In this document: piece after piece, positions 1-12,914 of the stretch
Layout of the letters: every line of letters starts with the position of its first letter
How positions within the stretch are numbered: the stretch's first letter is position 1
From: Eledone cirrhosa
Lineage: Eukaryota
NCBI GenBank assembly: GCA_964016885.1
Contig: OZ024744.1
Coordinates: 35,030,001 to 35,094,000, forward strand
DNA length: 64,000 nucleotides
Reading direction: 5' to 3'
Notes under the pieces: model-generated
The model's database searches: none
Told to the model about the DNA's origin: nothing
What the model saw: only the letters and a program-made list of their open reading frames with translations
Program-made: the position numbers and the translations under genes

Positions 1-255
1 AGAAAAAATTCCAACAAGAAATATGAAATGCTTGGCCTTAGACATGATTCTTTTTTATTTTTTGTTAAGACTTCATTTTGGTGAGCAGTATGATCACATC
101 ATTGTTTGATAGTAGTAGATGGCTTCAATCCACCATCCATTGCAGCTTTCATAATCAATTGTGGTCCCATGGTTGGATAATCTGTCCTGCCCTTTGATAA
201 GATTTGAATCAATAGGTGGAACTCACAATGCGAAATATGACAAGCAAATTCGAAT

Positions 256-296
256 GCAAGGAGACACACAAATTTGTGGAGCATTCCATATTTTTT
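256..296 (+). pseudogene. 3' fragment of U6 snRNA (retro-pseudogene)
   Basis: GCAAGGAGACACACAAATTTGTGGAGCATTCCATATTTTTT aligns by eye to the conserved U6 3' end (GCAAGGAUGACACGCAAAUUCGUGAAGCGUUCCAUAUUUUU) with one gap and four transitions; the 5' part of U6 is absent. Confidence 0.65.
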
Positions 297-419
297 ATCC
301 ATCCGATCCTTGCTAGTAAGGAAAACAGATGTTTGATGATTATGAATGCAAAGTGTTGGAGCAGATACCACAGGGCATGTTGTCTGATGTTCAAACAATT
401 ATGCCAATTCACTGCCATG

Positions 420-560
420 GACAGGTACAGGATTTTTATCAACCCCAAAAAGATGAAAAGCAAAGTTGACTTCGGCAGCATTTGAACTCAGAATACTGAA
501 AGCCAGAACAAATGCCACAAGATAATCTATTTGATGTTCTAACAACTCTGCCAACTTATT
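420..560 (-). mobile_element. tRNA-derived SINE with Meta-like central domain (degenerate)
   Basis: Minus strand reads ttctgagttcaaatgctgccgaagtcaactttgcttttcatc...ggggttgataaaa, the same B-box plus central motif as the copies at 11995, 54835 and 55062. Confidence 0.6.
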
Positions 561-614
561 GTCTTGTGAGGGAACAGGTTGGTCTCAAAATAGATTCACA
601 AATAAATCAGTTAT

Positions 615-880
615 ACCCTGTAAAGTGGGGGGTGTTGGCACCACAATAAAACATGCTCAGTACACTCTGTAAAGTAATGGTGTTGGTGCCACAAAAAAAA
701 CCCACAGTACGCCCTGTAAAATGGTAGTGGTGGTGTCATGATAAAATATGCTCAGTACAACCTGTAAGATGGTTGCCATTAGGAAAGACATCCAGTCGTA
801 GAAACCATGCCAAATATGAAACATAATGAGCAAGATGAGTCGATCTGACATTCTAATGACTGTGAATCCACCACCCTGCA
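615..880 (+). mobile_element. Old RTE 3'UTR-derived repeat (~40-bp ctgtaaagtgg modules)
   Basis: Repeated cactctgtaaagt modules followed by ggaaagacatccagtcgtagaaacc, as in the RTE 3'UTRs elsewhere in the window. Confidence 0.55.
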
Positions 881-1069
881 ACTTATAATAATAATAATAA
901 CTAATAAAAAATAATTATAGTAAATTTTTAATTTCCTAATTAATATCATTCTCTCATTTTATCCATATTCATCTACAGCTATTACGAAAAATCAGAGGTT
1001 TAGAAGTAATAGACACAAGGCTAAAGATGTAAGTAAATTACTGTATTGTTTCTCTTTAAATTAACTCTT

Positions 1070-1390
1070 AGTGAAGGCATGTGTGTGGCTTACTGGTTAG
1101 AGAGTTGGGATCACAATTGTGAGGTTGCCAGTTGGATTAATTTATTTCACATTGCAGCAGTTTACTCAGCTGAAAAAAATGAGTTGCAATGTCTCTGGTG
1201 CCAAGTTGTATTAGACTACATCGGTGGCATAGGGAGAGGGGAGACTGACATGTATGGATGACTGCTGATCTTCCATGAAAAACATCTTGATCAGGCTTGA
1301 GCCTTGAAGGGGAACTTTGTAGGTGCAACACCCATGGTCAACTTTGTCTGAAGGGGGTAGATTCCTTATATGAACTCTGGTGTACCTCAT
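1070..1390 (+). mobile_element. tRNA-derived SINE, CORE-like family (degenerate)
   Basis: A-box-like tggcttactggtt followed by tttatttcacattgc...tttactcagctg, shared with the copies at 5188, 20682 and 30584. Confidence 0.5.
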
Positions 1391-1634
1391 GGTTCAGTTT
1401 TGTCCCCCACAGTATTGTTCTTGTGTATCAATGGTTTACTTGCCATCACATCAAACAACTACCATTGCTAAACATTATCCCAACTTTCATTCAATCCTAA
1501 TATCCTAAAACTCTCCACCTATCCAAGCAGTGTCCAGATGCAACTTAGACACCTCTCACCAAATCTGCACAAATTCCATTAACTTATAACATCCTGAAAT
1601 TATTTAGCAGAAAATATCTAAAAATTGTTTTGTT

Positions 1635-1930
1635 AATTGAAATATTTAGTGTCCTTACTAATGGACAGATTGTTATGAACAATCGTAGTAAACAAAAGAC
1701 TTAAATATTTAATGTGATACCATCATTGTGATGTTTTGTACTTTTCAAGAATATCTTGCTAATGAAGTTTCATGTGGTTTGTTAATTCAAATGTTTATAG
1801 TATCTTTATTAGTGGACAGATTTGTGTGAAAAATTGTAGTTGTAGTAAAATAGACTTTTATTATTATGATACCGTCGGTGATCTTTCATACTTTTCAAGA
1901 ATGTCTTGCTAATGTGGTTGTATATGTTTC
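1635..1930 (+). repeat. ~145-bp dispersed/tandem repeat (two units)
   Basis: tagtggacagatt...tacttttcaagaatgtcttgctaatg occurs twice here and again at 10025-10440, 11618-11772 and inverted near 31100-31240. Confidence 0.6.
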
Positions 1931-2155
1931 AGGGCCTTACGAGTTAAGAGACCTATAAAATATAAACCAGTAAGGCCATGTTTATCTAGTTGACATAAAT
2001 AATAAAAATACACAATCACTACACCTTGACCATTCTGTTCTGTCCATCATGCTCATGTTCCTCTCACCCATTTACTCGCGTTCTTCTATCATTCTTTCTC
2101 TCATATTTACCCTTTTGGTCATGCTGCTGTGATTGAATAAGGAGACTCTGTAGCG

Positions 2156-2411
2156 CAGTGGTCATCAACCTTTCAGACCTCACAGACCACTAAATTCATA
2201 ATTTTAAATCCACTAATATGAATTTTTTTAAAAAGACAAATACGTTTGTAAAATAATGATCAGAGACGTCCTATGAAATGCACCTTATAAAATATATTTT
2301 TACCAAATATTTTTGTTTTATTATTAATAAAGCATAACATTTTTTTTAAATGTTCAAATTTTTCTGTGGACCATCTAAATTTTCTCTTGGACCACCAGTT
2401 GGCAACCACTG
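2156..2411. mobile_element. hAT-superfamily MITE
   Basis: Termini CAGTGGT...ACCACTG with an 8-bp target-site duplication ctgtagcg (2148-2155) / ctgtagag (2412-2419). Confidence 0.7.
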
Positions 2412-2783
2412 CTGTAGAGTATTGAGAAGTCTTTAGTTCTGTAGGAAACAAAGCAACCTTATTAGTACTGGCACTATGATAAACTGCATCCAGTATACTC
2501 TGTAGAGTAGTTGTTAAATGAGCAGAGATAATACAGAGGACATAACAACCTGTCTAGTTTTGGTGCCATGATAAAATCCACCCGGTACATTCTCTTAAAT
2601 GATTAGTGTTAAGAAGGGTAACATCCATCAGAATCATGCCTAAATTTAAACAATTAAACATAAGAGTGAGATTTTGTCTGTTAACCTATTTACAAGGGCA
2701 ATAATTCTGAATAAAAACTGATTTACTTTAGAAAACATTTCATCTTCCCCCAAGACAATTCTGCCTTTTATGCTTTCATTTAA

Positions 2784-3025
2784 CCCTTTTGTTACTAGAT
2801 TTCTAATTGAATACCATGTATTTGAATTAATTAATCAAGAGTTTGAAATGGTTTACTAAAATTATTATTTATTTTTTTTAATTAAGAAAATATTTGTAAC
2901 ATAACTTAACAAAAGGTTTTTATATCAAATTATGTTGGAAAGTTTTCATTTAAGTAGGAACCTTTTACAATATGTTTTGTTTCACAGACCCAGAAGCAGT
3001 TTTGGGCAGGTTGATATCAAAAGGG
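2784..3025. mobile_element. TTAA-flanked (piggyBac-type) MITE
   Basis: TTAA|CCCTTTTG ... CAAAAGGG|TTAA; related sequence near 4130-4265 and 31031-31698. Confidence 0.65.
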
Positions 3026-4554
3026 TTAAGTTTGATGCTCGCATACATTAGTTACATTTAGAAAATATTTTCTTTTCTTTATTTTTATTTTTTATTTTTT
3101 TTACTGGTCAATTATTTGACTATGCTGCGGGATCACCTTAAAGTTGATGGCAACAGGATCACCTTAAAGTTGGTGGTGCCAACCCCAGTACTTATTTTTT
3201 CCAAATTTGATGCTTATTTCATCAATCTCCTTTTGTTAAACCACTAAGTTACTGGATTTAAGTACAAACACAGGTACACACACTCACACACACACATATG
3301 CAACAGGCTTCTGCAGTTTCCATTTACCAAATTTCACTTACAAGACATTGGTCAACCTAGGATTATAGTAGAGATTTTCTCAATGTGCTGTACAGTGAGA
3401 CTGAACCCAAATCTACAAGGTTGTGATGCAAGCTCTTTTAAACTTTAAAATAAAAGGATTTTGAAATAGGAAAAGCTAAATATGTTTCCATCAAATATTG
3501 TTGGTTCAGATTGGTGTACGATTTCTGACTAAAAACATACAGCTACACCAACAGTTTCTAAACTGGGGGGTCCGTGAACAAACTTCAAAATTTGCATTAC
3601 TTTGAAGTAGTGATGGTTCCATGATAGAATACACCCAGCCCACACTGTGAATTGTAGTGCTGTTGCCGTGAAGAATGTTTCCAGTACATGATGTAAAGTG
3701 GTTGGCATTCAGAAGGGCATCCAGCCATAGAAACGAAGCTCATAAACAGAATGTATGAGCAACACATGATCACCTAACCTGTCTAACTTCAGAATATGAC
3801 AACCGATCTAACACATGCAATCATGGAAAACAGACATTTATCCTTTCATGGCTGCATTTCTAATGACGTATACTGTTTTAATTAATAAATACATAATAAA
3901 AGAGACAAGATGGAGTGTTATTGTAACATGTCAATGTCTAGGGTGAGTAAAATTCCTGAGATCCATGGACGAGTTCTCTCTAGCGGTCTCTGTCCCACAT
4001 CAGTGTCTGTCCTTAGGGCATCAACATATGTCAACCTCGGTCTGTGTGTCCATGCAGGGGCTTCCGTAACATGTAGTGTGGTGAATAAATATATACATAT
4101 ACAGCAGGTCCAAACACAATGAGGAATTTTTAGAGATTTACTAAAATTATTACTAAGATAGTAAAGTTTTATATATAAAATTATGTTGAAAGATTTTAAT
4201 TTAAAATGGGTGGTTTTATTTCATAGAACCAGAGCTGGTTTTGGCCAGGTTGGTAACTAAAGAGTTTTAAACAGTCATGATGATTGTAATAATAATGTTA
4301 AAACAATGTACACACTATTGAATATCCATTCTTCTCCATACAAAGTTTCTAGGGCATTTTTAAACCTGGTGGAGCCCATCTCTTCTCCAGGTCTGAATAT
4401 AGCAAATTTCTTTCAGAGGATAGAGAGAATGAGAGAAAAGAAGTGAGAAAGAGATATAGAGGAAGAATCAACCCTAGTACTATTTGGGAAGATAGAAAGC
4501 ATCTTCAGTTACCTGTTGTCTATGACAAGATCTTTTTTTTACTTTCTTTATTAG

Positions 4555-4622
4555 GGAAATGACACCCAACTGGCCACCATAGAGACAAAACTCAACTCTC
4601 CTGCTGTTGTAAAACCAAAGAA
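4555..4622 (+). CDS. Host gene internal exon A (GNDTQLATIETKLNSPAVVKPK)
   Basis: Polypyrimidine tract + TTAG acceptor, GTAAGG donor; phase 0 to 2; joins in frame to 12590. Confidence 0.7.
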
Positions 4623-5187
4623 GTAAGGTTTTTAAGTTTTTATTTATTTATATATTTTTCACTTTTTTTGAAAAAAAAAAAAAAAATTAAGCTTGCTACA
4701 TAGCTACAACTGCAACTATGATGTTAGTCTTTTACTTAGTAGTGGGAAATTACTTGAGCTTATGGTAAGATTCCTGACACAGTTCTGGTAGAAGTAACAC
4801 AAAAGTACTGCAGATAAAGCAGGAATGGAGCAGTTACTTCATGCAACAACAACATTTGGAAATTTACCAAAGTTATCTGCCTGAGCAGCGAGCCATAACT
4901 CCATTAACAATACAAATAAGGCAACAAGCGTTTTTAAGGTCATTGTCCCCTTGTTAAAGAAGGAGGTAGCCTTGTGCTTCACATGACAGGCTTCATACTC
5001 ATCATGAGGTTCTTTTTTGAGGCAATGTTTTAGGGACAGCTGCTAGTCTTGTCATAACCCCTTTTAGTCATGGTGTATACATTCTAAACCAGATACACAC
5101 ATACCATGCTGGCATAGATGGTTCAATTACTTTCTAAATTTGGATACTAATCTTATGGCCTAAAAAATAGCTTACATAGAATTTTCA

Positions 5188-5400
5188 TGTGAAGGTGCAT
5201 GGCCTAGTGGTGAGGGTGTTCAGCTTACAATAATAATGTCATGGTTTTGCTTCCCTGCAGCACAATGTCTTTGAGCAAGAAATTTTAGTTTACATTGCTC
5301 CAGTCCCTTAAGCTAGAAAATATGAGTTGTACCTGTATTTCAAAGCGCTAGCCTAGTCAAACATCATGCTGAATCTCTGAGAAATATTTTAAGAGTACTT
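5188..5400 (+). mobile_element. tRNA-derived CORE-like SINE
   Basis: gtgaaggtgcatggcctagtggt head, then tgtctttgagcaaga...acattgctccagt. Confidence 0.55.
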
Positions 5401-5722
5401 AACAGTTATATCTTTCCTAGCAACATAATGTCTGTCAGAAGATACTGATTGTAAGCTGTTGCTGTAACTATTCAGCTGAGATTTTTTATTTTTTCCATGC
5501 TGGCATGGGCTGGACAAGAATTTTGAGGCAGAATTCTATGGACAAATGCCCTTTCTGGTAATAACTCACACAATTTTAAGTAAAGTACAGATTTTCACAT
5601 GTCTAACTGCTAAGCAGTGGAACTTCTACTTCTGCAGAATGTAAAAAGGATTCACCACCTGTACCATTTGTCAAAAAATACAGAGACAGTGAGCGATACA
5701 AACACACACACACTTTATTACT

Positions 5723-8420
5723 ATCATCATCATCATCATCACCATTTTACGTCCGTTCTTCCACGCTAGCATGGGTTAGACGGGTTGTCCTGTTGTGGGC
5801 AGTGTCTGGTCAGCTGACCATGCCTTGCTCATACAGGAACTGATTTGGCTTGATTTCTACAGGTGGATGCCCTTCCTAGCACCGACCTCATTTTTATAGT
5901 GAGTGCTGGGTGCTTTTTCCGTGGCGCCTACACGTCCACTTTACAGTGTGGGCTGGGTGCTTTTTTGCCGTGGCACCTCCACGACCACCTTGCAGTGGGG
6001 GAATATTGTCTATATGCTTCAGTTTGTACCCATGGGAGGTCGGGTACTCTGTATTACTGCGTGACGCCAGAGGTTACAGTCGTGTGTCATCGCCTTTGAG
6101 AGGTGTAATTGGGTAAGGTCGGCTTTTATCACCTCATACCAGGTCTTGGGTCTCCCCACTCCACGGTTTCCATTGACTTCTAGTGCTCTGCACCTTTTTA
6201 TGCAGCTGTCATCCTTCATACGCATCACATGTCCATACTAACGCAACCGCCTCTCCTGCACACAGCATTTGTGCTGTCTCTCTCTCAATTCATTTATGCT
6301 TTGTCGTTCGCGTATATTACTATTACACATCCATCGGAGCATGCAAGCTTCATTTCTTTCTAATCTACGTAAGTCTTTCACCTTCAGCACCCAGGTCTCA
6401 CTACCATGTAACACTGCTGTTCGGATACACGCATCATACAGTCTGCCTTTCATTCTGAGGGAGAATCCTTTTGCAGCTAGCAGTGGCAGTTGTTCCCTGA
6501 ACTTCTTCCATCCCGTTCTTACCCTAGTTATTGTACTTTCTAAACACCCACCTCCGCTGCTAATTCGGTCACCTAGGTAGCAGAAGCTGTCTACTGTTAC
6601 TACAGAGCCCTCCCAGAGATTGGTGGTACTTGATTCCTGTGGCTGTTTGCTGCTTGCTGTCCCAGCACAGCTGCTGCATGTGAAGCCTACATTCTTAATT
6701 AAGCTTCCATGTGAAGCCTACATTCTTAATTAAGCTCCCCATTGTTTGCATTTGGGGCAGAGAATGGAGTTCCTACCTACACCTTTCCTACATACTGTGC
6801 AAAGCCATTTCCCTGAGGGGATCTGGGTTCTGTTTTCTCGTCTACTTACAATGAACTTAGTCTTTGTCATGTTGACTTTGAGACCCTTTCTTTCTAGTCC
6901 CTGCTTCCAAGTTTGGAATTTCTTCTCTAGTTTTACCATAGATTCAGCTATAAGTGCGAGGTCATCAGCATACAGGAGTTCCCATGGGCATCCGGTCTTA
7001 AACTTCTCCGTTATTGCCTGCAGGACTATGATGAACAGGAGAGGGCTAAGAACAGAGCCCTGGTGGACACCGACCTGTACGCTAAATTCCTCGCTATAGT
7101 CATTGCTAATCCTAACTTTGCTGACTGCTCCCCTATACATGGCTTGTACAGCTTTCACAAGCCATTCACCTACTCCTAGTTTTCTAAGAGCCCACCAGAT
7201 TATAGCACGGGGGACTCTGTCAAAGGCTTTCTCGAGGTCGACGAATTCCAGGTAGAGTGGCTTACTTTTAGCTAGGTACTTTTCCTGTAACTGCCTGACA
7301 AGGAAGAGGGCATCAGTGGTGCCTCTTTTTGGTACAAACCCAAATTGCATCTCATCTAGTTTCACCCGGTCCCTAATCAACTGTGCTATAACTCTTTCTG
7401 TTACTTTCATGACCTGGTCCATCAGCTTTATACCTCTATAGTTTCCTCTATCTAGTGCATCACCTTGACCTTTGTAGCAGTTGACAATGATGCTACTGCA
7501 CCAATCTTTTGGTATGACACCTTCTAGTTTTACCTGGTTAACAATACATGTGGTTATAGTGTGACCTACAGACCCAGATGCCTTCAGCATCTCGGCATCT
7601 ATACCCGATGGACCGGTTGCCTTCCCCATCTTCAAATCTTTGATTGCCTTACTTACTACGCTGCTGCTGACTTGTACTGCTGGCCCCTCTATAGGGTCTA
7701 CTTGGCGTAGGGTCTCTTCTTCCCATGCATTCTCCTCATTTAGTAATCTATCATAATGGCTCTTCCATGCATCTTTCTTCTCAGCACTTGTGAGGGCAAG
7801 CTCACCTTTATCATTCCGGATACACTTCTCTCCCATGACATCACAATTCTCTCTGACACACTGCCTCGCAATCTTGAACACCTCCTGTTTCTGGTCCTCA
7901 CGTTGCAAAACATGCTTGAATTTTCTATCCTCCGCTTCTCTCCAAGTTAAGTATACTTGTCGCCTAGCTTCCCTCTTGGTCACTATGTAATGTACCCTGC
8001 TCCCCCCGTTCTTCCATTCTTTCCATGCCTGTCTCTTGGCCTTAACTGCCTCATCTACCTTATTGTTCCACCACCAAGTCACTCTCCTCCTGCTTGTGGT
8101 CTTACTCCAGCCACAGACCTCATCCGTCGCCTCTAGTAAGTTATTGTTTAGGAACTCCCAGTGCTCTTCTACATTGAATGTCTCTATCTGTTCTTCTTTA
8201 CTGTCGTAGGCGTTGAGTAAAATATCTTTAAATCTGTTACTGGCTGAGGGGTCTTTCAGCTTCCACATCTTTCGTCTCCAGGTTGGCCTATGTTTCCAGG
8301 TTCGTCTAGTTCTGACCGTGAGGTCGCTGACAACTAAGCTATGTTGGGAGGTACATTTCTCACTAGGGAAGGCTTTTGTGTTTACAACCGTCCATCTGTC
8401 ACGTCCTCTGATGAGGATAA
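5723..8420 (-). mobile_element. 5'-truncated RTE LINE (family 1) with disrupted ORF (RT fragment 6730-8268)
   Basis: Highly similar to 15203-17910; QGSVLSP and YADD motifs; (GAT)n tail at 5723; a ~30-bp local duplication plus deletion at 6677-6740 and stops break the ORF. Confidence 0.95.
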
Positions 8421-8622
8421 ACTATCAATTTAGCTATCCCACAAACAAACCTAACAATAACTACAGCAGTGCCTTAGAAATTAATACCCTCTATTACATT
8501 TTATTCAACATTACTCTATAACTTCTTCTTTGTCCACTTATTTCTGAGAGGGTCATGGGGGCAGAGTGCTCAAGTACATCTTCCAGTGGGTCCTGTTGGA
8601 AGCAATTATCTCCAACTGATCT

Positions 8623-8864
8623 AAAAAAGCACCCAGCCCACACTGTAAAGTGGACGTGTAGCCGCCATGGAAAAAATGCACCCAGCACTCACTGTAAATG
8701 AGGTTGGTGTTAGGAAGGGCATCCAGCTGTAGAAATCAAGCCAAAATCAGTTCCCGTATGAGCAAGGCATGGTCAGCCGACCAGACACTGCCCACAACAG
8801 GACAACCCGTTTAACCCATGCTAGCGTGTAAGAACGGACGTAAAACGGTGATGATGATGATGAT
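8623..8864 (+). mobile_element. RTE family 1 3'UTR fragment with (GAT)n tail
   Basis: Reverse complement of the 3'UTR at 5723-5970; ends cccatgctagcgtg...gatgatgat. Confidence 0.9.
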
Positions 8865-9731
8865 TTCTCTACTATATAGTATTGAAAGCAATAAACATAG
8901 ATGTATGTTGAATGTAAAGCATGTAAGAGAAATGATTGCATTGGTATGAGTAAGGAGAGTGAGATTTGTATTAAAAAGTATTGAGTACTTGAAGTGGTTG
9001 GGAACTGTGGTAGAGAGAGTCCTAGGAAGACATGGAATGACGTCATAAAATTGAATCTAACAGAGATGTACAGGACCAAGCTGGCTGGTGATATGCAAAA
9101 GACTCAGCCTCTTGTAACAACACTGCAACACAAGAAGTAACTTGAGACTACAGTGTTAGCAATCAAATGGAAATAATGTACCGTTTGAGAGGTTCCTTTA
9201 GTCTTCATGAGCACATAAGGTCCTATCCAATGTTAGTGTTACATTAAAATGATTTCAGTACACTCTGCAAAATGTTTGTGTTGATTCCATGAAAAACATA
9301 CTCAGTAGACTCAGCAAAGTGGTAGTGATAGTGCCAGGAAAAAATGCACCCAAAACATCCTGTAAGGTGGTTGGCATTAGGAAGGTCATCCAGCCATAAA
9401 AACCATGCCAAATATGGAGTGTGTGAGCTAGATTAGTTGATCCAACCCATCTGGTCTCTGACTCTGATAACCCAGCCAACCTATGCAGATGTGGAAAGCG
9501 TATATAAAATGATGATTATATATATGCTGGTCTTGGTACATTTTCTATCCACCAAATTCACTCACAAGACATTGGTCAGTCCAAGAAGACATTTACTTTA
9601 GGTGTTATGCAGTAGGTTACAACCACATGGTTGCAAAGTGAATTTCTTAACCATACATCCATGCCTGTGTCTTAATATAAAGGGAAATCTAATAGAGCAT
9701 TGAAATAAAGAAAAATATAGAATTACATGTA

Positions 9732-9886
9732 GGTGTTAGGAAGGGCATCCAACTGTAGAAAACCCGCCAGACAGTCCTATGCGAGCAAGACAACCACTCT
9801 TGCCTCAAGTGGGAAAACTCCCGTTCAAACCCATGCAAGCATGGAACACGGACGTTAAACGATGATGATGATGATGATGATGATGA
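9732..9886 (+). mobile_element. RTE subfamily 2 3' end fragment with (GAT)n tail
   Basis: Matches the 3' ends at 39745-39882 and 50760-50904. Confidence 0.85.
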
Positions 9887-10024
9887 TTTGCATTGTTTGA
9901 TGTTCTGTATAGTATTGAGTACTTCAATCTGAAAATGAAAATAACACCCATTTAGCGAAACCTAATGAATGAACTCATAACATCCTTTAAGGATTTAGAT
10001 GAAAATATCTAAAAATAGGTTTAT

Positions 10025-10440
10025 TAATTCAAATGTTTAGAGTATCTTTACTAGTGAAAAGATTGTGAAAATCTGCAGTATTAGAATGTCTTTAATTGTT
10101 GATGTAATACAGTCATAATACTGTTTTGTACTTTTCAAGAATGTTTCATGTGGTACAGAATGTCAAGAGTTAATTCAAATATTTATAGTATCTTTACTAG
10201 TGGACAGATTGTGGTGAAAATCTAATGTATTAAATTAAGGTCTTTAATTAATGTAATACAGTCAGTTTTGTATTTTTCAAGAATGTCTTGCTAATATAGT
10301 TTCATGTGGTACAGGATGAATCAACAATACCTATGATTTTTAGATGTTAGCAGTCATCAAAAATGTAGTAATAAAACCAACTAGTATTGCATACTTTTCA
10401 AGAATGTCTTTTTAATGTGGTTTCATGTGATACAGGACTT
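10025..10440 (+). repeat. Tandem copies of the ~145-bp repeat
   Basis: Three degenerate units containing tacttttcaagaatgt...gtttcatgtggtacag. Confidence 0.6.
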
Positions 10441-11149
10441 TAATCATCATCAGTTAACGCCTATTTTTTCCTCACTTGCATGTGTTAGACAGGTTGTCAC
10501 ATTGAGACAATTCAGGTCCAGAGACCACATCATGCTCATACGGATCTGTATTTTCGCTGGATGCCCTTCCTAATGCCAACCACAGTGTGGATAGGGTGCT
10601 TTTTATCATAGTACTAAAGCAACCACCTTACATAATGGACTGTCATGTTCCCTACACAGCCACTTTACTCTGTAGATTGTGTGGTTGGAAAAAGCTATCT
10701 CACTTACCGCTCTTCAAAGGCACCGCTCGATCTTCACTGCATGGTAGTTTGAAGACCATTTTGTGTACGTCCGTCTTCCTCGGTTGGCCATTCTATCGTA
10801 TCAACAGTCCCATATCGTTTTGCTCTTTTCACTAGCGCTGCTATCGTCCTGCTGTTTACTCCTCGCCTGCCTGCTTTCAACTGCCTAGCACCGGGAGATC
10901 CCAAACTGGCGTTTACGCCGTTGCTAGGTACTACGCTAGGTACTGCCCAAACTTGCGTTCACCCCGTTGCTAGACACCACTAGGCACCTGCAGCCACCGC
11001 ACGCCACACCATACCCACAGATTGGGTGCCTTTTTGTTGTCACCTGCACAACCACCTTACAAGATGGACTGTTTGTTTTTGTGAGAACAAATCAGCATAC
11101 AGGGTGGACTTTGTACTTTTTGTCATGGCAACTGCATTGTGGAAGATCA

Positions 11150-11372
11150 GATGTTGAGCGTGTCCAGCATTCATGGGTCGGGCAGGCCAGGTCTATCAGA
11201 GGTGAGGGGCAGGTAAGCTAGTTCAGCATCGATTAAGTGCGTTGGATATTTAGCAAGTGAGAGTGAGGTATTAAGATGGAGAGGTGCTAGAAGGGCCGCC
11301 AGTGACAGGATCAAGTGGAGGAAGCTCGTCGCCCAATGTTCCACAAGGGACTGGAGGAACTAAGACTAAATT
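11150..11372 (+). mobile_element. 3' end of a further non-LTR (RTE-like) family
   Basis: Translates to ...RAASDRIKWRKLVAQCSTRDWRN*, an RTE-type C-terminus, followed by short ctaa repeats. Confidence 0.5.
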
Positions 11373-11994
11373 AAGAGGGGGTGGGGGTGCACACTAGTGT
11401 ATCCTCTACATATTTGTTTCATTTCATCCTGTGCCCATGCGAAGGTGGATCTTCTGCAGTACACTAATGCCAGAGATCTCAATTATATGTCATCTACTTT
11501 GCAAAGTTTAATTGGACAGGGTCAGCTTTTATTACTTTATCTCAAATTTTCCTAGGTCTTCCTCTTCCATAGTTACCATTGACTTTGAATGTCCTGCACA
11601 TTTTTACACAGCTGTTTATAGTATCATTACTAGTGGACAGATTGTTTTGAAAATCTGAAGTATTGAAGTAAAGACTTCAACTTTTAATGTGATACAGTAA
11701 TATTGTTGTTTCATACTTTTCAAGAATGCCTTGCTAATGCAGTTTCATGTGGTACAGGACATTAAGAGTTAAATTTTGAAATATTACACCCATCGAGTAT
11801 TAATTACAGCAAGTTCAGTGAAGTTTATGCATTGCTGAGGAGGTCTAATAAAACTGAGACATGTCTTGGGTTGTCTCCTGTAATTTCTGAAATAAAATAT
11901 TTGTCTGATTAATATTGCTTTTACCTCACTGCATATTTTTTTTCCCTATTCCAGCTTATGGACTGTAGTTGTGCTGGGGCATTGCCATTATATT

Positions 11995-12180
11995 AGGACG
12001 ATGGATTGGCAGTATTGGTAGTGTCAGACACCATGCTTTTAGCATAGTTACGGCCCTTTACGTTCTGAGTTCAAATCCCACCACCGTTAACTTTGCCTTT
12101 CATCCTTACAGGCTTGATAAAATAAAGCACCAATAATGTGCTGGGGTAATTGCTGGCCTTGTGCCAAAAGTAGAAACAAT
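11995..12180 (+). mobile_element. tRNA-derived SINE with Meta-like domain
   Basis: gttctgagttcaaatccc B-box, then aactttgcctttcatcc...gataaaataaagcacc. Confidence 0.7.
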
Positions 12181-12589
12181 TATATATATACTAGGAAAAA
12201 TGAAGTTTTATTAACATGTATTTATGTTTTTATTGTGTATCAACCTGTTGTATGCATTTCACAGATTGTCTCAAGGTCACCCATAGAAGTTAAAGACCTG
12301 ACTGCATTATTGATCTGCTCTTCAGACTGGGGATTTACGGACTTCTGTGCAGTTTCCATCTCCCAAGACATTGGTCAACTCAAGACTTTAGTATAAGAAA
12401 CTTGCCCTAGAGATCAATAAAATAATGACCATTTTGAAAATAATGGAGTCAATATTGAATTAATATCTTCAAACTGGTACCCCAGCATAGCCACAGTCTA
12501 ATGACTGAAACGAGTCAAAAGTTAATTAAATAAGGATATTTATATATTTTTACATTAAATAAATCAATAAATATTTGTTTTATTTCCAG

Positions 12590-12669
12590 GAGAAGCAAGA
12601 TGAAAAAAAGATTCAATTCTAATATTGAAAATATTATTAAAACAATTGAAATGAAAATAAAATCTGATG
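12590..12669 (+). CDS. Host gene internal exon B (KRSKMKKRFNSNIENIIKTIEMKIKSD)
   Basis: tttccAG acceptor, GTAAGT donor; phase 2 to 1; in frame with both neighbouring exons. Confidence 0.8.
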
Positions 12670-12914
12670 GTAAGTTATATAAGCTTAATCTTCACATTGC
12701 TGTTGTTGTTGTTGTTGTTCCTTTGACCAGATCTGATTTAGCAAACTTATTATTAAGGGCAATAAATTAGCAGAGTTGTTAGACTATCTGATTAAATGTC
12801 TTGCGGTATATTTTGGTTTTCTGAGTTCAGATTTCAAATCACGCCGATCAACTTTGCTTTTCATCCTTTCAGTATCAGTTCACAATGATCAGGAGTGATC
12901 ATGATCATTGTTCT

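Noticed and set aside
99-485. Overlapping 89-99 aa ORFs as a gene
   Set aside because: No recognisable motifs; the region includes a SINE and a U6 fragment
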